NCBI GenBank assembly: GCA_964016885.1
Contig: OZ024740.1
Location: forward strand, 3,348,001-3,412,000
Length of the DNA: 64,000 nt
Direction of reading: 5' to 3'
Origin: Eledone cirrhosa
Lineage: Eukaryota
Made by a program: the position numbers and the translations under genes. Below the pieces are notes generated by a model that was given only the letters and a program-made list of their open reading frames with translations, was not told the origin of the DNA and made no database searches. Below, piece after piece: positions 1 to 9,590 of this stretch (within the stretch, counting starts at the first letter, position 1; every line of letters starts with the position of its first letter).

Positions 1-3000
1 ACTACATAGATCAGACAATACAGGCAGTCCAAGTTGCACCAAACTACATAGATCAGACAACACAGGCAGTCCAAGTTGTACCGAACTATATAGATCAGAC
101 AATACAGGCAGTCCAAGTTGTACCAAACTACATAGATCAGACAACACAGGCAGTCCAAGTTGTACCAAACTACATAGATCAGACAATACAGGCAGTCCAA
201 GTTGTACCAAACTACATAGATCAGACAATACAGGCAGTCCAAGTTGTACCAAACTACATAGGTCAGACAATACAGGCAGTCCAAGTTGTACCAAACTACA
301 TAGATCAGACAATACAGGCAGTCCAAGTTGTACCAAACTACATAGATCAGACAACACAGGCAGTCCAAGTTGTACCAAACTACATAGATCAGACAATACA
401 GGCAGTCCAAGTTGTACCAAACTACATAGATCAGACAATACAGGCAGTCCAAGTTGTACCAAACTACATAGGTCAGACAATATAGGCAGTCCAAGTTGTA
501 CCAAACTACATAGATCAGACAATACAGGCAGTGCAAGTTGTACCAAACTACATAGATCAGACAACACAGGCAGTCCAAGTTGTACCAAACTACATAGATC
601 AGACAACACAGGCAGTCCAAGTTGTACCAAACTACATAGATCAGACAACACAGGCAGTCCAAGTTGTACCAAACTACATAGATCAGACAACACAGGCAGT
701 CCAAGTTGTACCAAACTACATAGATCAGACAACACAGGCATTCCAAGTTGTACCAAACTACATAGATCAGACAACACAGGCAGTCCAAGTTGTACCAAAC
801 TATATAGATCAGACAACACAGGCAGTCCAAGTTGTACCAAACTACATAGATCAGACAACACAGGCAGTCCAAGTTGTACCAAACTACATAGATCGGACAA
901 CACAGGCAGTCCAAGTTGTACCAAACTACATAGGTCAGACAATACAGGCAGTCCAAGTTGTACCAAACTACATAGATCAGACAACACAGGCAGTCCAAGT
1001 TGTACCAAACTACATAGATCAGACAATACAGGCAGTCCAAGTTGTACCAAACTACATAGATCAGACAACACAGGCAGTCCAAGTTGTACCAAACTACATA
1101 GATCAGACAACACAGGCAGTCCAAGTTGTACCAAACTACATAGATCAGACAATACAGGCAGTCCAAGTTGTACCAAACTACATAGGTCAGTCAATACAGG
1201 CAGTCCAAGTTGTACCAAACTACATAGATCAGACAATACAGGCAGTCCAAGTTGTACCAAACTACATAGATCAGACAATACAGGCAGTCCAAGTTGTACC
1301 AAACTACATAGATCAGACAACACAGGCAGTCCAAGTTGTACCAAACTACATAGATCAGACAACACAGGCAGTCCAAGTTGTACCAAACTACATAGATCAG
1401 ACAATACAGGCAGTCCAAGTTGTACCAAACTAGATAGATCAGACAACACAGGCAGTCCAAGTTGCACCAAACTACATAGATCAGTCAACACAGGCAGTCC
1501 AAGTTGTACCAAACTAGATAGATCAGACAATACAGGCAGTCCAAGTTGTACCCAACTACATAGATCAGACAATACAGGCAGTCCAAGTTGCACCAAACTA
1601 CATAGATCAGACAACACAGGCAGTCCAAGTTGTACCAAACTACATAGATCAGACAATACAGGCAGTCCAGGTTGTACCAAACTACATAGATCAGACAATA
1701 CAGGCAGTCCAAGTTGTACCAAACTACATAGATCAGACAATACAGGCAGTCCAAGTTGTACCAAACTAGATAGATCAGACAACACAGGCAGTCCAAGTTG
1801 TACCAAACTACATAGATCAGACAATACAGGCAGTCCAAGTTGTACCAAACTACATAGATCAGACAATACAGGCAGTCCAAGTTGTACCAAACTACATAGA
1901 TCAGACAATACAGGCAGTCCAAGTTTTACCAAACTACATAGATCAGACAATACAGGCAGTCCAAGTTGTACCAAACTACATAGATCAGACAACACAGGCA
2001 GTCCAAGTTGTACCAAACTACATAGATCAGACAATACAGGCAGTCCAAGTTGTACCAAACTACATAGATCAGACAACACAGGCAGTCCAAGTTGTACCAA
2101 ACTACATAGATCAGACAACACAGGCAGTCCAAGTTGTACCAAACTACATAGATCAGACAACACAGGCAGTCCAAGTTGTACCAAACTACATAGATCAGAC
2201 AATACAGGCAGTCCAAGTTGTACCAAACTACATAGATCAGACAATACAGGCAGTCCAAGTTGTACCAAACTACATAGATCAGACAACACAGGCAGTCCAA
2301 GTTGTACCAAACTACATAGATCAGACAATACAGGCAGTCCAAGTTGTACCAAACTACATAGATCAGACAATACAGGCAGTCCAAGTTGTACCAAACTACA
2401 TAGATCAGACAACACAGGCAGTCCAAGTTATACCAAACTACATAGATCAGACAACACAGGCAGTCCAAGTCGTACCAAACTACAGAGATCAGACAACACA
2501 GGCAGTCCAAGTTGTACCAAACTACATAGATCAGACAATACAGGCAGTCCAAGTTGTACCAAACTACATAGATCAGACAATACAGGCAGTCCAAGTTGTA
2601 CCAAACTACATAGATCAGACAACACAGGCAGTCCAAGTTGTACCAAACTACATAGATCAGACAATACAGGCAGTCCAAGTTGTACCAAACTACATAGATC
2701 AGACAACACAGGCAGTCCAAGTTGTACCAAACTACATAGATCAGACAACACAGGCAGTCCAAGTTGTACCAAACTACATAGGTCAGACAACACAGGCAGT
2801 CCAAGTTGTACCAAACTACATAGATCAGACAATACAGGCAGTCCAAGTTGTACCAAACTACATAGATCAGACAACACAGGCAGTCCAAGTTGTACCAAAC
2901 CTCATAGGTCAGACAATACAGGCAGTCCAAGTTGTACCAAACTACATAGATCAGACAATACAGGCAGTCCAAGTTGTACCAAACTAGATAGATCAGACAA

Positions 3001-3368
3001 CACAGGCAGTCCAAGTTGTACCAAACTACATAGATCAGACAACACAGGCAGTCCAAGTTGTACCAAACTACATAGATCAGACAACACAGGCAGTCCAAGT
3101 TGTACCAAACTACATAGATCAGACAACACAGGCAGTCCAAGTTGTACCAAACTACATAGATCAGACAATACAGGCAGTCCAAGTTGTACCAAACTACATA
3201 GATCAGACAACACAGGCAGTCCAAGTTGTACCAAACTAGATAGATCAGACAATACAGGCAGTCCAAGTCGTACCAAACTACATAGATCAGACAATACAGG
3301 CAGTCCAAGTTGTACCAAACTACATAGATCAGACAATACAGGCAGTTCAAGTTTCACGAAACTAATAT
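1..3368. repeat. 42-bp tandem minisatellite, 80 copies visible plus a degenerate terminal copy; consensus ACTACATAGATCAGACAAYACAGGCAGTCCAAGTTGTACCAA
   Basis: The unit start ACTACATAGA recurs at 1, 421, 841, 1261, 1681, 2101, 2521 and 2941 (every 10 x 42), so there is no net indel. It decays at ~3345-3368 (GGCAGTTCAAGTTTCACGAAACTAATATG). Truncated by the window's left edge. Confidence 0.98.
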
Positions 3369-3610
3369 GTAAATTCTATGGACAGTTTTTTAAAAGAATG
3401 CCTGGTCTAAAGATCCACATAGATCTCACGCCAGAACTGAGCAAGCTTTATATAGACAGCCAATATATAATACAATATATATATATGAAACGTCTCTAAT
3501 GATCAACTGATGAGATGGAACTGTCTCTGTTTCGTTCATTTTCCTGTATTCACCCACATATATAGATATATATAAGAGTTGGAAATGAAATATCGTTTCA
3601 TTTTTTCCGT

Positions 3611-3835
3611 TTATATATATATATATATATATATAAAACTGAGGGTGTCTGTGTGTGTGTGTGTGAGATTGAATCCCTAAAACTAGAGAAGCACCCAATC
3701 GACTGTTTTCAAACTTTACACATGTAATACTTATGTTTCAGGGAGTGTTCTTTTTAGATAGATACATACATATAACGTCGCGCCATTATAATATCTGTCT
3801 GGCTGTCTGCATTACGTCACTTCCCTGGGGATGTC

Positions 3836-3906
<71 letters not shown>

Positions 3907-4369
3907 TTGAATCCCTAAAACTCGAGAAGTACCCAACCGATTCTTTTCAAACTTTACATGTGTATTACTTATGTTTCAGGGAGTGTTAGGCACATAAAAC
4001 AAATAAAAAATGTTGATCTCCTAGGGCCCGCATTAGGTGAAAAACTGCTTTTTTTCAGGTTTTTAGGGGTTATTTGAGGCGTTACGTCAGACCGATTTCC
4101 TTGAAATTGTAACTATGTATTAGTCAGTCTCTTTTTCATACCATGAACAAAGAAAATACAACTTTTTAATGGCCTAGGGCCCGCATTAGGTGAAAACCTG
4201 CATTTTTCCTGCTTCATCGAGGAAAATCTTAAAGATTATCTACCCATCAGAGTATTCGGTTTATTTTCTTTACATATTGTCCAGGCATGCAGTTTTTCCA
4301 CGATTAGGTCTGTTGGCAGCCCGCATTCCAAAATAACTTATCCCGTGCAACGTCGGGTACTACTGCTAG
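3611..4369 (+). mobile_element. Non-autonomous Helitron-like (rolling-circle) element, ~760 bp
   Basis: 3' end shows a GC hairpin CCCG-TGCAACGT-CGGG (4342-4357), then CTAG at 4366-4369 followed by T, the canonical Helitron terminus. 5' end is (TA)nAAAACTGAG followed by a (GT)n tract. Internal ACCGATTTCCTTGAAATT (4091-4108) resembles the motif in invertebrate DINE-1/Lep1-type elements. The exact 5' TC is not visible inside the TA run. No Rep/helicase ORF. Confidence 0.75.
3836..3903. repeat. (GT)n microsatellite inside the Helitron-like element
   Basis: About 33 GT dinucleotides with one interruption; a shorter paralogous tract lies at ~3650-3665. Confidence 0.95.
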
Positions 4370-4371
<2 letters not shown>

Positions 4372-4424
<53 letters not shown>

Positions 4425-4438
4425 TATATATATATTTA

Positions 4439-4524
<86 letters not shown>
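4372..4524. repeat. (TA)n microsatellite, ~150 bp, imperfect
   Basis: Read directly; lies immediately after the CTAG-T terminus. Confidence 0.97.
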
Positions 4525-4528
<4 letters not shown>

Positions 4529-4629
4529 TGTATATATAGTGTATTTTGCAATACACTTTATGCTTAATTAAAAGCATTTTGAAGACCTTATGCTATTGTT
4601 TTAGAGTAGTGACGGACTCACTTACTTTA

Positions 4630-4724
4630 ATTTCAGCAAACAGGGGGAGATAAAGCTGACAAGGCCTTGTTTCTGCACTTATTGATGCTTATCAAAGCCA
4701 ACCACTCCCCCCGTTTGCTGAAAT
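4630..4724. other. 20-bp inverted repeat with 55-nt spacer (foldback or MITE-like remnant)
   Basis: ATTTCAGCAAACAGGGGGAG (4630-4649) versus CTCCCCCCGTTTGCTGAAAT (4705-4724): 19/20 complementary. The spacer contains the perfect palindrome ACAAGGCCTTGT (4659-4670). Confidence 0.8.
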
Positions 4725-4799
4725 CACGGATGTTATGTTCTTATAGAATTCTAGTAAATAATCAGGAACTGATAATACAGAGCGGCAACCGCTCTGTAT

Positions 4800-4856
4800 A
4801 ATAAGTACCAGTAATGTACTGGTAATTGCTGGCCTTGTGCCAATAGTAGAAACAAT
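4800..4856 (+). mobile_element. Probable internally deleted 3' remnant of a tRNA-derived SINE
   Basis: AATAAGTACCAGT..TACTGG followed by AATTGCTGGCCTTGTGCCAATAGTAGAAAC resembles, from memory, the 3' part of abundant octopus SINEs with the GGGTCGAT..CCCC segment missing. Not verified by alignment. Confidence 0.45.
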
Positions 4857-5142
4857 TAATGTATATCACACCTGTTGCTGCTGTAATGATTGCATAACAA
4901 CTCCACACTGGTGCCACAGAAATATGTATAATCCAATAAATACAGTTATGTAACAACTATCTTAACGTTTATTTCAGACATCAAATCTATTATAACTTTT
5001 CTGTTGGTCCACCATAAAAATATTTTCTCCATACATTTTTATTCTAGATTTTTCTCTTGACGTTGGCTTTCAATTTCAATACACTATAATTTGTATTATT
5101 TGAACTACTAGTTGCTATAATGAAGACTGAAAACATAGTGGG

Positions 5143-5300
5143 ATATATATATGTGTGAGTGTGATATATCTGTGTGTTTGTGTGTTTATGTATGTGTGTG
5201 TATATATATGCGTGTGTGAGTGTGATATATTTGGGTATGTATATGTTTATGCATGCACGTGAATTTATATATGTATGTGTGTGTGTGTGCGTGTTTATGT
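5143..5300. repeat. Compound (TG)n/(TA)n/(TATG)n low-complexity tract
   Basis: Read directly. Confidence 0.9.
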
Positions 5301-5416
5301 GTGTTTGTGTGTTGTGGCCCGTGTTTGTGTGTTGTGGCCCGTGTTTGTGTGTTGTGGCCCGTGTTTGTGTGTTGTGGCCCGTGTTTGTGTGTTGCGGCCT
5401 GTGTTTGTGTGTTGTT
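5301..5416. repeat. 20-bp minisatellite GTGTTTGTGTGTTGTGGCCC, ~5.8 copies
   Basis: Four perfect copies (5301-5380), one diverged copy and one partial copy. Confidence 0.95.
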
Positions 5417-5799
5417 GCGCATTCAGATCTATGTTAACATAGAAGAGTTGATGTAAAACAAACACTGATGATGATTGTAAGAAACCTTTTGTTCAAAATA
5501 AGGATTTGTCTGATTCTCTGGTTCATCTTATAAGCTGAAAAATCTGGGAATTTCTTTCCAGGCTAGAGAAGATAATTAGTTGATGTAAAACTGCAAGTCT
5601 GTCGGTGTTGGTCTGTCGGTGTGTCTAGTAATGTGGTCAGTCAGATATATATTGGTTTATTGATTATTTCTTTGATTTTATAAAAAGGAATAACAAGAGT
5701 AGCCACGATAGCCAGACTTATTGATAATCAATACCACAAGGTATATTGGTATGTGTGTATTATTGTTAGTTTACAGTCATTTCTCCATGTTGGCAAGGG

Positions 5800-6740
5800 C
5801 TATAATGTTACTCCAAAGACCCTGCTGAAGAACCCTATTTCGGTTGCTTGTATTCGCAATCATTTTCTTCCAGTCATTACCCAAGACCCATGACCATAGG
5901 TAAGGGTTGGCATGAATACTGAATTGAAGATAGTGAGTTTGGCTTTTACACATACCTCCCTTCTTCTGATGATCAAATGCTGAAGCTGACACATTACTGC
6001 ACCAGTTCCTGCAATTCTTGCATTTAATTCAGCCTCCTCCCTTCCATCACTTGTGAACATGGCCTTCAGATACTTGAACTTCTCTACCTGCTTCAGTGGA
6101 ACTCCACTCACATGTAGAGTGCACTGCACAGGTTTCCTTGATAGGATGAGTGTCTCAGTCTTTGCAGCACTGATTTTCATTCCAGCCATGCAGCACCTGG
6201 CAAGAAAGCTGTCAAGTACATATTCGAGATCATCTTCTGATTAGTTAAGTAGTATTATGTCGTCCACAAATTCCGCCCCCCCAGTCATGATCCCATTTCC
6301 AACCTGGATACCATTTCCAGCCTGGATACCATTTCCAACCTGGATACCATTTCCAGCCTGGATACCATTTCCAACCTGGATACCATTTCCAGCCTGGATA
6401 CCATTTCCAGCCTGGATACCATTTCCAGCCTGGATACCATTTCCAGCCTGGATACCATTTCCAGCCAGGATACCATTTCCAGCCTGGATACCATTTCCAG
6501 CCTGGATACCATTTCCAGCCTGGATACCATTTCCAGCCTGGATACCATTTCCAGCCTGGATACCATTTCCAGCCTGGATGCACATATCAATCCTAGCTAA
6601 GAAGATTATGAATAGGAGAGGTACGCAGCATTGGCATGGAATGGTTTCGGCTTAGTCCCATTTATCCAAATACAAATACTAGGACATTTGTATAGAGACA
6701 TCATATGGAGACACCAGGGCAACAGAAAGCTGTCCATTGA
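5800..6740 (-). mobile_element. Decayed non-LTR retrotransposon (RTE clade, Expander/BovB-like) reverse-transcriptase fragment
   Basis: Minus-strand translation in order: INGQLSVAL / MSLYKCPSICIWINGTKPKPFHAN / CVPLLFIIFLARIDMC-[IQAGNG]x16-IMTGGAEFVDDIILLN*SEDDLEYVLDSFLARCCMAGMKISAAKTET...LKQVEKFKYL...KAKLTIFNSVFMPTLTYGHGSWVMT / LRIQATEIGFFSRVFGVTL. This matches the RT motifs (QG)..SPLLF, FADD, G.KI...KT, FKYLG and the downstream P.LTYG.E.W motif. It carries a stop, frameshifts and deletions (GLRQG lost). Confidence 0.9.
6292..6579. repeat. 18-bp minisatellite (+ strand ACCATTTCCAGCCTGGAT), 16 copies, nested in the RT fragment
   Basis: ORF 6241..6585(-) is MC + 16 x I(Q/L)(A/V)GNG + IMTGGAEFVDDIILLN = 114 aa. 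Confidence 0.97.
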
Positions 6741-6765
6741 TTTTTTTCAAACTAAATCTTTCTGA

Positions 6766-7060
6766 GAATTATGTTAGAGCTACACATATATATGGAATAC
6801 TCAGCCACTTTCAAATATATACAAGATGGATTCTATCTGCAATCAAAGGTCCAGGCATGTCATATATTGTGCTGAACTGATTTTACCTGTGAATTTCATT
6901 AAGGGAACTCATGCCTGTGGAATACTCAGCCATTTACATCTTAATACAAAATAGACTCTACCTATATTTCAAAGATCTAACCTGGCCACAGTATGCTACA
7001 TAGATTCTATCTATGAATTATGTTAAGGGTAATTATGTATACAGAATACTTAGCCACATG
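6766..7060. repeat. Degenerate ~124-bp tandem repeat, ~2.3 copies
   Basis: GAATACTYAGCCA occurs at 6795, 6920 and 7044 (spacing 125, 124), each preceded by a GAATT..TTA segment. TACAA.AT.GA.TCTA.CT..TCAAAG is shared by the first two units. Confidence 0.8.
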
Positions 7061-7269
7061 TTCATTTAAGGAACAGAACAGTTGAATGAACTGAATGCTC
7101 CTCTTCAAAACCAATAAAACATACTTAACTTACAATACATGACCACCACTACCTAAGATTGACAAGAATAGATACAATAACTATTGTATTAAAACACACA
7201 CTCGTTTACACAGCATTTTCAATCATCAACTATTCAGAATATTATCACTAACACCTGACACCACAAACA

Positions 7270-9583
7270 ACTGCCACCCACTACACACCAACCACCACCA
7301 CCCACTAAACACCACCACCACCCACTAAACACCACCCACTCAACAACAACCACCACCCACTAAACACCAGCCACCACCCACTAAACACCACCACCACCCA
7401 CTAAACACCACCAACTCAACAACAACCACCACCCACTAAACACCAGCCACCACCCACTAAACACAAACCACCACCCACTAAACAGCAACCACTAAACACC
7501 AGCTACCACCCACTAAACACCAACCACCATCCACTAAACACCAACAAACACCCACTAAACACCAGCCACCACCCACTAAACACCAACCACCACCCACTAA
7601 ACACCAACCACCACCCACTAAACACCAGCTACCACCCACTAAACACCAGTTACCACCCACCAAACACCAACCACCACCCACTAAACACCAACCACCACCC
7701 ACTAAACACCAGCTACCACCCAGTAAACACCAACCAGCACCCACTGAACACCAACCAACACCCACTAAACACCAGCTACCACCCACTAAACACCAACCAG
7801 CACCCAATAAACAACATACACCAACCACCACCCACTAAACACAAACCACCACCCACTAAACACCAACTACCACCCACTAAACACCAACTACCACCCACTA
7901 AACACCAACAACCACCCACTAAACACAAGCTAGCACCCACTAAACACCAACCACTACCCACTAAACACCAACCACCACCCACTAAACACAAACCACCACC
8001 CACTAAACACAAACCACCACCCACTAAACACCAACTACCACCCACTAAACACCAACTACCACCCACTAAACACAAGCTAACACCCACTAAACACCAACCA
8101 CTACCCACTAAACACCAACCACCACCCACTAAACACAAACCACCACCCACTAAACACAAACCACCACCCACTAAACACCAACTACCACCCACTAAACACC
8201 AACTACCACCCACTAAACACCAACTACCACCCACTAAACACCAACTACCACCCACTAAACACCAACTACCACCCACTAAACACAAGCTACCACCCACTAA
8301 ATACCAACCAACACCCACTAAACACCAACAAACACCCACTAAACACCAACCACCACCCACTAAACACCAACCACCATTCACTAATCACCACCCACCACGC
8401 ACCCACCAACCACCACCCACTAAACACCACCCACCACCCACTAAACACCAACCACTACCCACTAAACACCAACCACCACCCACTAAACACAAACCACCAC
8501 CCACTAAACACCAACAACCACCCACTAAACACCAACTACCACCCACTAAACACCAACTACCACCCACTAAACACCAACTACCACCCACTAAACACAAGCT
8601 ACCACCCACTAAACACCAACCACCACCCACTAAACACCAACAAACACCCACTAAACACCAACCACCACCCACTAAACACCAACCACCATTCACTAATCAC
8701 CACCCACCACGCACCCACCAACCACCACCCACCACCCACTAAACACCAACCACGACCCACTAAACACCAGCTACCACCCACTAAACACCAACCACGACCC
8801 ACTAAACACCAGCTACCACCCACTAAACACCAACCACCACCCACTAAACACCAACTACCACCCACCAAACACCAACCACCACCAACTAAACACCAGCTAC
8901 CACCCACTAAACACCAGCTACCACCCACTAAATACCAACCACGACCCACTAAACACCAGCTACCACCCACTAAACACCAACCACTACCCACTAAACACCA
9001 ACAACCACACACCAAACACCAACCACCACCCACTAAACACCAGCTACCACCCACTAAACACCAGCTACCACCCACTAAATACCAACCACGACCCACTAAA
9101 CACCAGCTACCACCCACTAAACACCAACCACTACCCACTAAACACCAACAACCACACACCAAACACCAACCACCACCCACTAAACACCAGCTACCACCCA
9201 CTAAACACCAACCACCACCCACTAAACACCAACCACCATTCACTAAACACCACCCACCACGCACCCACCAACCACCACCCACTAAACACCACCCACCACC
9301 CACTAAACACCAACCACGACCCACTAAACACCAGCTACCACCCACTAAACACCAGCTACCACCCACTAAACACCAACCACTACCCACTAAACACGAACAA
9401 CCACACACCAAACACCAACCACCACCCACTAAACACCAGCTACCACCCACTAAACACCAACCACGACCCACTAAACACCAGCTACCACCCACTAAACACC
9501 ACCCAACACACACCCACCAACCACCACCCACTAAACACCAACCACGACCCACGAAACACCAACCACGACCCACTAAACACAAA
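7270..9583. repeat. Satellite A: 21-bp C/A-rich minisatellite, consensus ACCACCCACTAAACACCAACC, ~110 copies
   Basis: Period 21 (7-aa GGWCLVG pseudo-translation). Variants CAGCTA, CAACTA and CACGAC; ragged left edge. Confidence 0.96.
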
Positions 9584-9590
9584 TCAGTGA

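Noticed and set aside
531-3357. Repeat-protein ORFs (QVVPNYIDQTTQAV)n and the Cys-rich antisense ORFs
   Set aside because: They follow from the 42-bp period; recurrent TAG variants break the + frame (e.g. 1431), several frames are open on both strands, and there is no unique domain or splice context.
4801-4812. Satellite C derived from the SINE-like motif (shared ACTGGTACT on the minus strand)
   Set aside because: Only a 9-bp match, too weak; similarity to satellite B explains the core better.
3426-5456. Short ORFs over TA/GT tracts (YIYI, CVCV, HTHT)
   Set aside because: Microsatellite translations.
5427-5476. Possible exon between TTCAG and GTAAGA
   Set aside because: Stop codons in all three frames; only a non-coding exon is possible and nothing supports one.
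5860-6585. Functional or domesticated RT with a repeat insertion
   Set aside because: In-frame TAA at 6241-6243, loss of the QG motif, an apparent deletion before FVDD, and frameshifts on both sides.
7270-9583. True telomeric repeat array
   Set aside because: No tandem TTAGGG/CCCTAA; only a loose TTAGTGGG resemblance.
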